Positions 1 through 9,932 of a stretch of 64,000 nucleotides of DNA are shown piece by piece. The notes beneath the pieces were generated by a model. The model searched no databases, was not told the origin of the DNA, and was given only the letters and a program-made list of their open reading frames with translations. Each line of letters begins with the position of its first letter. Positions within the stretch are counted from its first letter, which is position 1. Origin of the DNA: an uncultured Ignavibacteriales bacterium (GTDB lineage Bacteria > Zixibacteria > MSB-5A5 > GN15 > FEB-12); contig CAZAZQ010000015.1 in assembly GCA_964489705.1 (NCBI GenBank), forward strand, positions 3,393 to 67,392. Reading direction: 5' to 3'. Position numbers and translations under genes: made by a program.

Positions 1-925
1 TGAGAAGTTGACAGTTTTTGCCGAATTTCGACGGGGCACCCTCGAGGAAAATATTAAACGCCTTTTCATGCGGAGCGGGATAACGATAAGAGAAATGATT
101 GATAAATTCTTCCACCCGTACCGCATCTTCGGGAGGAAGGTAACCGCGTTCGAGGTAGGAACGGGTCATCACGTAGGAGGCGTCGTCAACGTCGATAGCG
201 AAAGTAGAGAGGTGGTCATCTTCGGTGTCGACAAAGGGATTGACACCGTAGTGTTTGAAGAACATGGCATCGAACGGTTCTCCGTTAACGATGGAAGTCC
301 CGCCATGAGAGGGAGGGTAATAAGGGGAACATTGTTTGTATGTCCCTCTCTCCCGGCTGGGAATACCGGCTTGCGGATCTCCAATCGGAGCACTCTGGGG
401 ATAGGATGAGACATTTCCCGGTGAATTGCCTGTGAGATAGATTTTTTTATGTTTGCTGCTTGTGTTGGGAGTCTGATTCACTAAATCTAGAACGGTAGTT
501 ACCGGGGTTGCCGGTATTGTCGACTCGGAAGATGTTTTTGTTCTTTTAATCGGATCGGGTTTGGCTATAACCTTGATTCTGTCAACTTGGATGGGTTTTT
601 CTTCAAGAGCGACGGAAACTTTGGTGGTTTCGTCCGCTTTTACTTCGACGTTGTCGATAGTCACTTCCTCGTAGTGGAGATGAGTAATTCTAAGCTGGTA
701 GGTTCCCGGTTCGAGGTTTGAGATGAAGTATTTTCCGTCCCAATCGGTTTTGGCTCCGCGGGTTGTACCGACAACAAGAACCGAGGCTCCGACGACCGGT
801 TTGCCGGTGGCTTTGTCGGTGATAATCCCCTTGATATTGCCGGTTGTTCCGGCACCGACCAAGGCGTGAGTCACCAGAAATGCGCTCATCAGAACCGCTG
901 CCGCTAAGATTTTCTTGAAGTTCAT
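1..925 (-). CDS. Secreted YfbK-like von Willebrand factor type A protein, N-terminal part (3' end lies beyond the left edge)
   Basis: Minus-strand ORF with ATG at 923-925 preceded by GGAGGTG. It is missing from the ORF track because it has no in-window stop. It has a signal peptide (MNFKKILAAAVLMSAFLV) and a carboxypeptidase-regulatory-like beta-sandwich (GIITDKATGKPVVGASV..GKYFISNLEPGTYQL). STFAIDVDDASY..LPPEDAVRVEEFINHFSYRYP then matches the N-terminal signature of E. coli YfbK-type vWA proteins. Confidence 0.8.
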   Translation of the reverse strand, partial: MNFKKILAAAVLMSAFLVTHALVGAGTTGNIKGIITDKATGKPVVGASVLVVGTTRGAKTDWDGKYFISNLEPGTYQLRITHLHYEEVTIDNVEVKADETTKVSVALEEKPIQVDRIKVIAKPDPIKRTKTSSESTIPATPVTTVLDLVNQTPNTSSKHKKIYLTGNSPGNVSSYPQSAPIGDPQAGIPSRERGTYKQCSPYYPPSHGGTSIVNGEPFDAMFFKHYGVNPFVDTEDDHLSTFAIDVDDASYVMTRSYLERGYLPPEDAVRVEEFINHFSYRYPAPHEKAFNIFLEGAPSKFGKNCQLL

Positions 926-1046
926 AATATCACCTCCAGGATTTGTTGTTATCAGCCTGTCGGTGGGGATTACAAAATAAAGACGAGTTTCTTCCCGAAA
1001 TTATTTAGTCGAAAGAGAATTTTGTCGGAAAGAAGAAAGAAGGTAT

Positions 1047-2516
1047 CTACCGGGTCGGAACATAAATGACTATTTTGTCATTTCGAGTGTACGTCTTCAG
1101 TTGAAAGACGGCTTTAAGCGAATCGGACAAACTGTCGGTAGTGGCGCTCATAAGGTAGACAAAATCCGGGTTGCTTCTCAAAGAGTCTATCGCTGTTTCC
1201 ACGTTGCCTACCTCCAATATGTCGGAGCGCCAGTACCAATTGGTTTTGGCGATGTAATCCCATTGGGGCTCGCCTAGGTGGATGAAGAGTCCGTTCCGAT
1301 GAGGGGAGTTATCAAGAAGAGTATTCATGGGTGCCTGTAACGAATAGATTTCGGGCGAGCGGATTTCGTGGATGCGTATCCCTGCCGCCGTGACCCCAAT
1401 AGCTGCCGTCAACCAGAGAATAAAGAACCACACCTCTATTTTCCGGAGAGTGGTTTCTTTGAGCATTCTCACGACGGGCAGGGCGGCAAAGGGAGCCGCA
1501 AGAGCGTAGGCTGGGACGAAATAGTGATAGTAAAGTTTGGCAGCCGAGGAATAAAAGATACCGTAGAGAAAAAGAGTGAGGAGAACAGGGAAAAGAGATG
1601 CTGTTTTTTCCTTGAAGGCAAGGTAAAAGCCAAAAGGTACGAAAAGGATGAACGGCAGGTATAGTTTTGCAAAACGGTAACTGAACTCATACCACTCAGT
1701 GTGGATTCGGGATCCTTCGTGAAGAAAACGCTGCGGGATTTGAGTGAAAAAATAGTACCGGGTGAAATGCCCGTCGTTATACAGATAATCCAGCAGGAGA
1801 AAAGCGCCAATCAATCCCAAAGCCGTCGCAGGAATTAGCCACATTCTCGGCTCGTTGCGCCATTTTCTCCGCCGGATAAAAGCCATTACGACAAACGTTA
1901 TCCATATCGGCGCCGAAACCACCCCTTTGCTGAGGAAAGAACACCCCAGCGCAATCCCCGTGATAAAAAAAACGCTGAGCGCTTGATGCCTCTTTTCCGT
2001 TTGATACAGCTTGGTCATTCCCCAGAGCGTCACGAGGATAAAAAAGGTCATCGGCATGTCGAGAAGGGTGGAATTGCCAAGGTGCATGAAGTTGTACGTC
2101 AAAAGCAGGATAATAGCGCTGAGGTAGCCGAAGTGTTTTCCCTTGATTTCTTTTCCCAGGAGATACACGAACACTACCGCGCCAAGGGTGCACACGGCGC
2201 CGAACAATCGAGCCGTACTGTCGTTGGCACCGAACAGGAGGAAAATGATTCCCTGTAACCACATGACCAACGGCGGGTGTTCGGCGAAGTGAGGGTGATA
2301 ATAGGGGGTATACGTCGGAGTAAGCCAACTCCCGTGCTCAGCCATGTTGCGGGCGATGACAGAATACGTGGTCGAGTCGAGGTTGATGCCGTCTTGACCC
2401 CAGCCGAGGGCAAGAAAGACGACGGCTGCTACAGCCAAGACCGGCAGGGGGCGGTTGACGATGAAAGAAGATATACGCTGGAACGCTGCTCCCGTCTTGG
2501 CTTTCCCGTTTTGCAT
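1047..2516 (-). CDS. ArnT/PMT-like (GT39/GT83) polyprenyl-phosphate-dependent glycosyltransferase, multi-TM
   Basis: 489-aa ORF with about 12 hydrophobic segments. The N-terminal region (DSTTYSVIARNMAEHGSWLTP..HPPLVMWLQG..FG) is typical of ArnT/PMT_2 family membrane glycosyltransferases. Confidence 0.7.
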   Translation of the reverse strand: MQNGKAKTGAAFQRISSFIVNRPLPVLAVAAVVFLALGWGQDGINLDSTTYSVIARNMAEHGSWLTPTYTPYYHPHFAEHPPLVMWLQGIIFLLFGANDSTARLFGAVCTLGAVVFVYLLGKEIKGKHFGYLSAIILLLTYNFMHLGNSTLLDMPMTFFILVTLWGMTKLYQTEKRHQALSVFFITGIALGCSFLSKGVVSAPIWITFVVMAFIRRRKWRNEPRMWLIPATALGLIGAFLLLDYLYNDGHFTRYYFFTQIPQRFLHEGSRIHTEWYEFSYRFAKLYLPFILFVPFGFYLAFKEKTASLFPVLLTLFLYGIFYSSAAKLYYHYFVPAYALAAPFAALPVVRMLKETTLRKIEVWFFILWLTAAIGVTAAGIRIHEIRSPEIYSLQAPMNTLLDNSPHRNGLFIHLGEPQWDYIAKTNWYWRSDILEVGNVETAIDSLRSNPDFVYLMSATTDSLSDSLKAVFQLKTYTRNDKIVIYVPTR

Positions 2517-2613
2517 GTGACGAATTTACGGCGTGATGGCGGAGAAACAACGTTAATTTTTGCCCCTCAAATCACGTTGACACTCTGAGAGATGGACTAT
2601 ACCTTGTGCTTCT

Positions 2614-3201
2614 ATGAATACGCCGAATAAACTGACGCTTCTGAGGATTATCATCGCTCCGATATTTATGTACTTTTTCATCCTTGACAACTTCTACTTA
2701 CGGTTGGTTTCCCTCTTTTTGTTTATCGTGGCGGCGCTGACCGACTTGGCGGACGGTTACTATGCCCGGAAATACGGCATCGTCACGGGCTTCGGGAAAT
2801 TTATGGATCCGCTGGCGGACAAGGTGCTGGTCTCGTCGGCGTTGATTTCGTTTATTGCGCTGGGGTATGTCTCCCCTCTGCCGGTGATGTTGATAATCGG
2901 GCGGGAGTTTTTCATCACCGGTATCCGGTTGCTGGCGGCGTATCGGGGGGTCGTAATCATGCCGAGCTGGTGGGCGAAAGTGAAGACCTTTCTCCAGCTC
3001 AGCGTGGTGGGAATTGTGCTGGCGTATATCAACCTTGTCAAAGCGCTTGAGCATTTCAACAGCCCGTTGTTGTCGTACTTTGAATTCGATTATCCTTTCT
3101 ATTTCAATGCCTTGCTCTGGTTGACGGCGGTCATTACGGTGTGGACGGGGATTAACTATATCGTGAAGTACTTTTACATGATTAAAACGGTTCTGAAATA
3201 A
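2614..3201 (+). CDS. pgsA: CDP-diacylglycerol--glycerol-3-phosphate 3-phosphatidyltransferase
   Basis: Carries the CDP-alcohol phosphatidyltransferase motif DLADGYYARKYGIVTGFGKFMDPLADKV. The N-terminus NKLTLLRI and the 195-aa multi-TM layout also fit. Confidence 0.9.
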   Translation: MNTPNKLTLLRIIIAPIFMYFFILDNFYLRLVSLFLFIVAALTDLADGYYARKYGIVTGFGKFMDPLADKVLVSSALISFIALGYVSPLPVMLIIGREFFITGIRLLAAYRGVVIMPSWWAKVKTFLQLSVVGIVLAYINLVKALEHFNSPLLSYFEFDYPFYFNALLWLTAVITVWTGINYIVKYFYMIKTVLK

Positions 3202-3214
3202 GGTTTACGAAAGA

Positions 3215-3688
3215 ATGAAAGATAAACTGGTCTTGCTGTTTGCGACGGGGCTTTATTCGGGGTATTCACCGTTGATTCCGGGAACGACCGGCTCAATTCC
3301 GGCGTGGCTGATAGCTTTTTTCTTGCTCAAAGATACTCTCTGGCTGCTTTTGCCGGTAACGGTCATCACAATAGCTCTATCCGTTTGGCTTTCGGGAGAA
3401 GCGGAACAATTGTTGGGACACGATGCCAAAAAAATTGTGATTGACGAATGGGCGGGAATGTTTTTGAGTGTGTTGTTCGTGCCGTATTCGCTCAACAACT
3501 ATTTGATTGCGTTTGTGGCGTTTCGGTTCTTTGATGTGGTGAAGATTTTCCCCGCCGCGCAAGCGGAGCGGCTGCCCGGCGGTTGGGGAGTGACGATGGA
3601 TGATGTGGTTGCCGGGATACAGGCGAATCTGGCGACCCATCTGGTGATTTACGTTACGGCAAGATGTTTCCCGGGAGTCCTCGGGTAA
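3215..3688 (+). CDS. pgpA: Phosphatidylglycerophosphatase A
   Basis: PgpA hallmarks are present: GLYSGYSPLIPGTTGS, FRFFDVVKIFPA, GGWGVTMDDVVAGI. It sits directly downstream of pgsA. Confidence 0.85.
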   Translation: MKDKLVLLFATGLYSGYSPLIPGTTGSIPAWLIAFFLLKDTLWLLLPVTVITIALSVWLSGEAEQLLGHDAKKIVIDEWAGMFLSVLFVPYSLNNYLIAFVAFRFFDVVKIFPAAQAERLPGGWGVTMDDVVAGIQANLATHLVIYVTARCFPGVLG

Positions 3689-3744
3689 GGTATGTATGAT
3701 AACTTTTTCGTTCTCTTGGTGGAGAAGTTCAAGGCGGGTACAAA

Positions 3745-4986
3745 ATGGATATAGAGATTATAACCATCGGGGATGAGATAATCACCGGTCATACGGTCAA
3801 CACCAACGCCGCCCATATTGCACAGCAGTTGACCGGCTCGGGGTTCAATGTCAAGTACATCAGCGCCGTCGGGGACTCACTTGAGATGATGCAGGAGGCA
3901 TTCCGGCTGGCGTTGAAGCGTGCCCAGGTGGTCATTACGACCGGCGGGTTGGGTCCGACCGATGATGACATTACCAAGAAAGCGATTGTCAAGCTGTTCA
4001 AGCGGAATTTGATTTTCCATGAGGAGGTGCTGGAAGACATCAAAAAGCGCTATGAACAGCGCGGGGTGGAGATGCCGCCGATTGCCCAAAACCAAGCGTT
4101 GCTGCCGCAGGGGGCAATATTCTTCCCCAACAAAATCGGCTCGGCGGTTGGGATTTGCATTGAAGAAAAAGGGAAGATTTTCATCTCTCTCCCCGGTGTC
4201 CCCGCCGAAATGGAACAGATTCTCAAAGAAAGTGTTCTCCCGCATTTGGAAAAGAAAAGAACCGGCAAACTCTTGAAGGTCGTCAAACTTCGCACTACCG
4301 GTATTATCGAGTCCAAACTGGCGGAGCTTATCACCCCGAACCTGAAATTGGACAACGGCGTTAAGTTAGCCTACCTGCCCGCGTACGGCGGTATCGATTT
4401 GCGAGTGATGGCGGCGGGGGAGAGCGAAGAAGAAGCCGATGCGAAAGCTCGGGAGGTCGTGCGCTATCTCGAGTCGGTGTGCGGCAAATATATCTACGGT
4501 CGTGACGATGACACGCTCGAGGGGGTAGTCGGGCAGCTTTTGAAAGACAATGATAAGACCTTGGCGGTGGCGGAGTCGTGTACCGGTGGACAGTTGGGGA
4601 TGTTGATTACCTCCGTTTCCGGCTCCTCGGCATATTTCCTCGGTGGGATAATCGCTTACGATAACGAAGTAAAAATCAACCAGCTTTCCGTCGAGGCGGA
4701 ACTTATCGAAAAGCATGGTGCCGTCTCCGAGGAATGCGCCAAAGCGATGGCATCGGGGTGCCGCAAGCTTTTGGGAAGCGATTATGCTCTTGCCATTACC
4801 GGCATTGCCGGACCGACGGGAGGAACCGAGGAAAAACCGGTCGGAACCACCTTTGTCGGTCTTTCCTCGGTGCATACGACCTACGCGCGGAAATTCAACT
4901 TCGGCGTCTACCGGGAGAGTAATCGTGCCCGCGCCGTCTATGCCGCTTTGGAACTGTTGCGAAGGGAGATTTTGGATATATCATGA
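3745..4986 (+). CDS. cinA: CinA family protein (MoCF-binding domain plus NMN amidohydrolase PncC domain)
   Basis: The N-terminus IITIGDEIITGHTVNTNAAHIAQQL..TTGGLGPTDDDITK is a MoaB/MogA-like domain. The C-terminal half (AVAESCTGGQLG..ITGIAGPTGG) is a CinA/PncC domain. Confidence 0.9.
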   Translation: MDIEIITIGDEIITGHTVNTNAAHIAQQLTGSGFNVKYISAVGDSLEMMQEAFRLALKRAQVVITTGGLGPTDDDITKKAIVKLFKRNLIFHEEVLEDIKKRYEQRGVEMPPIAQNQALLPQGAIFFPNKIGSAVGICIEEKGKIFISLPGVPAEMEQILKESVLPHLEKKRTGKLLKVVKLRTTGIIESKLAELITPNLKLDNGVKLAYLPAYGGIDLRVMAAGESEEEADAKAREVVRYLESVCGKYIYGRDDDTLEGVVGQLLKDNDKTLAVAESCTGGQLGMLITSVSGSSAYFLGGIIAYDNEVKINQLSVEAELIEKHGAVSEECAKAMASGCRKLLGSDYALAITGIAGPTGGTEEKPVGTTFVGLSSVHTTYARKFNFGVYRESNRARAVYAALELLRREILDIS

Positions 4987-5546
4987 TGCGTTTGTTTATT
5001 GCCTTCCCGCTGGCGGAAGAGGTCGAAGAAAGGTTAGGCGGAATCATTGATGACCTGAAAAGCCGCGGCGGCAGAATCAAGTGGGTCGAGCCGAAAAACA
5101 TTCACTTAACGGCGCGGTTTTTGGGCGATACGCAAGAGGCTCTGGTTGGGAAGCTCTCCGAGTTGCTTGATTCCGTAGCAGCCGAACATCAAACGGTCAG
5201 CACTACGATAAACGGTTTGGGCGCTTTCCCTCATTTGTCCCGCCCGCGGGTGATTTGGGCAGGATTGGGCGAGAACACCGAGAGCCTTGCCAAGATTGCC
5301 GGCGACGTGGAGATAGGAGTCCGCCAGTTGCGATTCAAAAAAGAGCCCAAACGGTTCAAGCCGCATTTGACCTTGGGGAGGGTGAAAGACCCGTCGGGAT
5401 TGCAAGAGCTTATCGCATATATTGAATCGTACACCGTCGAAGAAATCCCCGTCCTCTTCGACCGCTTGGTGCTTTTCAAATCAACCCTTACCCCTCAAGG
5501 ACCCATCTACGAGCGATTGCACGAGGCAATGCTGAAAAATGATTGA
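4983..5546 (+). CDS. thpR: RNA 2',3'-cyclic phosphodiesterase (2H phosphoesterase, LigT/ThpR)
   Basis: Two H-x-T/S motifs (NIHLTARFLG and KPHLTLGRV) are spaced as in ThpR. The ATGA start overlaps the cinA stop. Confidence 0.85.
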   Translation: MMRLFIAFPLAEEVEERLGGIIDDLKSRGGRIKWVEPKNIHLTARFLGDTQEALVGKLSELLDSVAAEHQTVSTTINGLGAFPHLSRPRVIWAGLGENTESLAKIAGDVEIGVRQLRFKKEPKRFKPHLTLGRVKDPSGLQELIAYIESYTVEEIPVLFDRLVLFKSTLTPQGPIYERLHEAMLKND

Positions 5547-5610
5547 CTTTGCGGATGGCTGAGCCATCGGCTTTCGGCGCCGTCTGCCGGAAGGGCGGGT
5601 CTCGGAGAGA

Positions 5611-5790
5611 CCTGCCATGAACGAGTTTGAAAATGGCAAATCCGTCCCGGATTTGCCCTACTGAAACTCAGTAGGGGATGGTTTCGAAAGAGATCTGCCA
5701 CAGAAAATTGGCAGATCCGTTCCGGATCTACCCTACAGATTTTTCTAAGGAAAATTGTCAAATCCCTACGAATTTTTGCTAAGGCTGTGC
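5611..5790. repeat. Cluster of 2-3 imperfect direct repeat units, each built of short perfect hairpins
   Basis: Unit 1 is 5612-5677, unit 2 is 5695-5750 and a partial unit 3 is 5751-5784. They share ctgcca..(a)aat(t)ggcaRatccgtYccggat..ccctacWga. Hairpins include ggcaaatccg/cggatttgcc (5635-5657, 10 bp) and ccctactga/tcagtaggg (5656-5676, 9 bp). Confidence 0.6.
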
Positions 5791-5830
5791 TCTACCGTTT
5801 GCGGTTGTATTTTTGCGGCGAATAGAGCAG

Positions 5831-5859
5831 TTGACAAACAAACTCCGGCGGCGTAAATT
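5831..5859 (+). promoter_or_regulatory. Candidate sigma70-type promoter for tRNA-Gly
   Basis: TTGACA (5831-5836), a 17-nt spacer and TAAATT (5854-5859), about 22 nt upstream of the mature tRNA 5' end. Confidence 0.45.
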
Positions 5860-5881
5860 AATGTAAAATAGTTCGGAACCA

Positions 5882-5953
5882 GCGGGCGTAATTCAGTGGT
5901 AGAATGCAAGCTTCCCAAGCTTGACGTCGTGGGTTCGAGTCCCATCGCCCGCT
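5882..5953 (+). tRNA. tRNA-Gly (anticodon CCC)
   Basis: Cloverleaf read by hand. The acceptor stem is GCGGGCG/CGCCCGC. The anticodon stem is CAAGC/GCTTG with loop TTCCCAA. The T-arm GGGTTCGAGTCCC is present and no CCA is encoded. Confidence 0.9.
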
Positions 5954-5978
5954 TTTTTATTGGGGTGTGGACGCATAG

Positions 5979-7262
5979 ATGAAAATTGCTGCCGTCGAGC
6001 CATATTCACCGCTGCGCGGTTCGGTGTTCCCCGGTGACGAGTTGGTCTCTCTCAACGGTCAGCCGGTACTGGATGTCCTTGATTTCCAATACCGGCTTAC
6101 TGATGAAGAAGTGGTGTTGCGCTTTGCCGGTGAAAACGGGAAAGAGAAAGAGTTTCGGTTTGACAGTGTGAGCGTCGGCGAATTGGGCTTGACGTTCGAG
6201 GAGGACAAAGTACGGCGGTGCCGGTGTCATTGTATTTTCTGCTTTGTTCACCAGCAGCCGAAAGGGATGCGCCGGAGTTTGTATATAAAAGACGACGACT
6301 ATCGTCTGTCGTTTACCCACGGTAACTTCATCACTCTTTCCAATCTGACGGAAGAGGATACCACCAGAATTATCCGTCAGCGGCTTTCGCCGTTGTATGT
6401 TTCCGTCCATGCTACCGATGACGCCCTCCGTCGCTCGATGCTGGGAAATGAAAAGCTTGCTCCTATCCTGCCGCAGTTACGTCGCTTTGCCGAAAACGGC
6501 ATTACTCTCCATACTCAGGTAGTTCTCTGTCCCGGGGTAAACGACGGCAAACAGTTGGAAAAGACCATCGACGATTTGAGCGCCCTTTCCCCGGCTGTGG
6601 AAACGTTGGCAATCGTGCCGGTCGGTTTGACCAAGTATCGTGAGCGATTGACCGCTTTGCGTACGTATACTTCCGAAGAGGCACAGGCTATCCTTTCTTT
6701 CGTGGAGAAGCGACAGAGAGAGTTTCTGAAAAAAATGGGCACCCGTTTTGTGTGGGCGGCGGATGAATTTTATATTCTTGCCAAACGGGAGTTTCCCTCT
6801 CGGAGCTCCTATGAGGAGATGGCACAGTTTGAAAACGGGGTCGGCATGGCGCGGGAGTTTATCACACAGTTCAACCGACGTCGGCGGGCGCTGAAAAAAG
6901 AGATGACCCGACGAAAGTTGCTGTTTATTACCGGTTATTCGGCACAACCTTTTTGGCGGCGACACATTTTGCCGTACCTTAAAGAGAAACTTCACATGCA
7001 AATATCAATTCTCCCGATTCGCAACGAGTTTTGGGGCGAAAGCGTTACCGTTTCAGGGCTTTTGACCGGCAAAGATATCCTGACGCAGGCGGCTCCAAAG
7101 GCGTCGGAATTTGATGTGGTTATTTTGCCTCCCAACTGTCTCAATACGGACAAGCTTTTTTTGGATGATATGTCGCTGGCGCACTTTGAACAGAGTCTCG
7201 GGAAGCGGGTGGTGGTCGGGAAGTATGATTTGGTAGCGACCCTCAAGGAGGTGGCGGCGTGA
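5979..7262 (+). CDS. DUF512-type Fe-S oxidoreductase (N-terminal PDZ-like domain plus radical-SAM-like core)
   Basis: The N-terminal PDZ-like segment is GDELVSLNGQPVLDVLDF. The Cys cluster is RRCRCHCIFCFV. The 427-aa length and position directly upstream of der fit this family. Confidence 0.65.
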   Translation: MKIAAVEPYSPLRGSVFPGDELVSLNGQPVLDVLDFQYRLTDEEVVLRFAGENGKEKEFRFDSVSVGELGLTFEEDKVRRCRCHCIFCFVHQQPKGMRRSLYIKDDDYRLSFTHGNFITLSNLTEEDTTRIIRQRLSPLYVSVHATDDALRRSMLGNEKLAPILPQLRRFAENGITLHTQVVLCPGVNDGKQLEKTIDDLSALSPAVETLAIVPVGLTKYRERLTALRTYTSEEAQAILSFVEKRQREFLKKMGTRFVWAADEFYILAKREFPSRSSYEEMAQFENGVGMAREFITQFNRRRRALKKEMTRRKLLFITGYSAQPFWRRHILPYLKEKLHMQISILPIRNEFWGESVTVSGLLTGKDILTQAAPKASEFDVVILPPNCLNTDKLFLDDMSLAHFEQSLGKRVVVGKYDLVATLKEVAA

Positions 7263-8572
7263 GAATACCGACCGTTGCCATCGTGGGACGGCCTAATGTG
7301 GGGAAGTCGTCGCTTTTCAACCGGATGATAAAAAAGAAGATGGCGGTGGTACACGAGCAACCGGGCATCACGCGGGATCGCAATTATGCCGTCTGCGAGT
7401 GGAACGGGGTACGCTTTCAACTGGTCGACACCGGCGGCATCGTGCCTCAGTCCGACGACCTCATGGAGCAGTTGATATTCGACCAAACCGAGTTCGCCAT
7501 CAACGAGTCGGATGTGACTCTTTTTGTCGTCGATGCCCACATCGGCGTCGATCCGGTAGACCGTCTGATTGCCAAGCGGCTGCAACAGGGAGGGAAGAAA
7601 TTCCTCCTGGTTGCCAACAAGGTCGACAGCGACGAGTTGGAAATGGAGATATACCAGTTTTTGTCGCTTGGTTTGGGTGAGCCGTTAGCGGTTTCCGCAA
7701 TGGGTGGGCGGGGCATCGGGGATTTGATGGACAGAGTCGTTTCGTTGTTGCCGTCATTGGCGCCGGACGAGGAAGAAGATAAGGAAATTATCAAGATTGC
7801 CTTGGTGGGCCGTCCCAACGTGGGAAAGTCTTCTTTTATAAATAAGCTGGTCGGCGAGCAACGCTTGTTGGTCACGCCGATAGCGGGGACGACCCGTGAT
7901 GCTGTCGATACGCCCTTCGAGTTGGAGGGGCAGAAATATATCCTCATCGATACCGCCGGTTTGCGGCGAAAGTACAAGGTACGTGAAAATGTCGAATTTT
8001 ACACCACCCTCCGCACCATCAACGCCATCGAGCGGTGCGATGTGGCGATTGTTTTGGTCGATGCCGTGGATGGGCTAAAGACTCAAGACCAGCGGGTGCT
8101 GGAACAGGTCGTAACGAGACGTCGGGGAGTGGTTTTGGCGGTCAACAAATGGGACCTGGTAGAGAAAGACACCAAGACGGCGGATGCCTACACCAAGGCG
8201 CTCAACAAGATGTTAGCCAAGTATGCTTACGTGCCGGTGATATATGTCTCGGCGTTGACCGGTCAACGCCTGCCGAAAGTGCTTGCTCTTGCCAAGCAGG
8301 TCTATGCCGAATCGCGCAAACGAATCCCCACCGCGCAGCTCAACGATTTTTTACAAAAGGTAATTCAACGTCGTCATCCTCCCGCCCGTGAGGGGAAGTT
8401 CATCAGGATAAAATATGTCGCTCAAACCGAGATAGCGCCGCCGACGTTTGTCTTTTTCACCAGCCATCCCCGCTTGATTGACAAGTCGTACATCAGCTAT
8501 CTCGGCAACCAAATTCGTGAGGCGTTCGGATTCGAAGGAGTCCCCATACGGATAAAGTTCCGGAAAAAGTGA
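7259..8572 (+). CDS. der: Ribosome-associated GTPase Der (EngA), two GTPase domains plus KH-like domain
   Basis: Two P-loops are present (GRPNVGKSSLFN and GRPNVGKSSFIN), with DTGG/DTAG and NKVD/NKWD motifs. The C-terminal tail is typical of Der. The GTGA start overlaps the preceding stop. Confidence 0.95.
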   Translation: MRIPTVAIVGRPNVGKSSLFNRMIKKKMAVVHEQPGITRDRNYAVCEWNGVRFQLVDTGGIVPQSDDLMEQLIFDQTEFAINESDVTLFVVDAHIGVDPVDRLIAKRLQQGGKKFLLVANKVDSDELEMEIYQFLSLGLGEPLAVSAMGGRGIGDLMDRVVSLLPSLAPDEEEDKEIIKIALVGRPNVGKSSFINKLVGEQRLLVTPIAGTTRDAVDTPFELEGQKYILIDTAGLRRKYKVRENVEFYTTLRTINAIERCDVAIVLVDAVDGLKTQDQRVLEQVVTRRRGVVLAVNKWDLVEKDTKTADAYTKALNKMLAKYAYVPVIYVSALTGQRLPKVLALAKQVYAESRKRIPTAQLNDFLQKVIQRRHPPAREGKFIRIKYVAQTEIAPPTFVFFTSHPRLIDKSYISYLGNQIREAFGFEGVPIRIKFRKK

Positions 8573-8638
8573 CTCTTTCGGTAATAATTTCCTCTATCCC
8601 CTCAAAAGAGCTTCTCTTTCTGTCGATACAGTGGGTAT

Positions 8639-9931
8639 ATGACGACCGACTTCGACATAGACGAGAAGCTGAACGAACTCGAAGCCAAACTTGAGTTTAC
8701 CAAAGCCCAGTTGCGCGATATGGCGACGATGGGCGCGGTTATTACCTCGATTCAGGAAATCGACGCCGTTCTCTCCGTGGTCATGGATATGGCAATCCGT
8801 CTGGTCGACGGGGAAGTCGGGTTGATTATGCTGGAGGAGGGAGGGGAGCTCAAGGTCAAAATCAACTGGGGGATAAGCGAGGAATTCGTTCGGCTGCTTC
8901 GCTACGAAGATGATATGGACCTCGCCAGCTACTGCTTCAAGGAGCGGCAGGCGATTATCTTGAATGACCTCGGCATCAAAGACGAAAGCGGCGTAACGGT
9001 GCAGTCGATTATCAGTTTGCCCATCCAGAATGCCAATACCTGTCATGGGGTGATGCTGATTATCAATAAGGCGACCGGTGAAGGCTACCACGAAGAAGAC
9101 CAAGAAATCTTGGAAATGCTGTTGAATTTCGTTGCCGTCGCCATCGATAATTCCAAGCTCTTGAAAGCTAAACTGAAACAGCAGAAGGTCGAACAGGAAA
9201 TGTCCATCGCTCGGCAGATTCAAGAGACCATCCTGCCGCAAAACGTCGACAATATCTCCGGGGTCGAGATTGGCGCCGTGTACTTCCCCGCTCGGGAAGT
9301 GGGGGGAGATTTTTACAATATTTATCCGTTGGACGACAAGCGCTTTTTTGTCGCTTTGGGAGATGTTTCCAACAAGGGCGTCCCGGCGGCGTTGGTTATG
9401 TCGGCGGCGTCAGGGATAATCAGCTCATTGTTGACAGCCGATCCTCATATTGAAGTATCACTTTTGGCGGAGCGGCTGAACGACTTGCTGGTCAACGAGA
9501 TAATTAAAGAGCGGGAGATGTTCGTCACGCTCTTTTTGTGTAAGTTTGACCTGGAAAAATCGGTGCTGACCTATTGTAACGCCGGACATATTCCGGGGCT
9601 TTTCTGGGACAGCGCCAAGGAAGAAATTTGCGAGTTGCCGGTGGGTGGTCCTATCGTCGGGCAGTTCGGGGGGATTCCGTTCAAGCAGGGTGAGCGGTCT
9701 CTCGGGTCGGGCGACCGGCTCTTCCTTTTTACCGACGGGCTGACGGAAGCGGCTGATGCGGACAATAATCTCTTCGGTCGGGAACGGGTGGAGCAGGTTT
9801 TTTCAGCGGAAGTCGGGTTGCCGCCGAAGGAATTTTGTTTGAAAGTCAAAGAGTGGGTTGACCGCTTTACCGAAGGCGCCCCGGAAGAAACCCACGACGA
9901 CTTTACCATCCTCCAAATCAAGGTGAAGTAA
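8639..9931 (+). CDS. GAF-domain PP2C (SpoIIE/RsbU-type) serine phosphatase
   Basis: The N-terminal half is GAF-like. The C-terminal half carries the PP2C/SpoIIE pattern (ARQIQETILP, VGGDFYN, GDVSNKGVPAAL, NAGHIPG, LFTDGLTEA, DDFTIL). Confidence 0.85.
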   Translation: MTTDFDIDEKLNELEAKLEFTKAQLRDMATMGAVITSIQEIDAVLSVVMDMAIRLVDGEVGLIMLEEGGELKVKINWGISEEFVRLLRYEDDMDLASYCFKERQAIILNDLGIKDESGVTVQSIISLPIQNANTCHGVMLIINKATGEGYHEEDQEILEMLLNFVAVAIDNSKLLKAKLKQQKVEQEMSIARQIQETILPQNVDNISGVEIGAVYFPAREVGGDFYNIYPLDDKRFFVALGDVSNKGVPAALVMSAASGIISSLLTADPHIEVSLLAERLNDLLVNEIIKEREMFVTLFLCKFDLEKSVLTYCNAGHIPGLFWDSAKEEICELPVGGPIVGQFGGIPFKQGERSLGSGDRLFLFTDGLTEAADADNNLFGRERVEQVFSAEVGLPPKEFCLKVKEWVDRFTEGAPEETHDDFTILQIKVK

Positions 9932-9932
9932 G

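Noticed and set aside
8-855. ORF-track entries 8..409(+), 169..414(-) and 661..855(-) at the left edge
   Set aside because: They are shadow frames of the partial minus-strand vWA gene (1..925). That gene has a strong RBS, a signal peptide and clear YfbK-like motifs, and the track omits it only because its stop lies outside the window.
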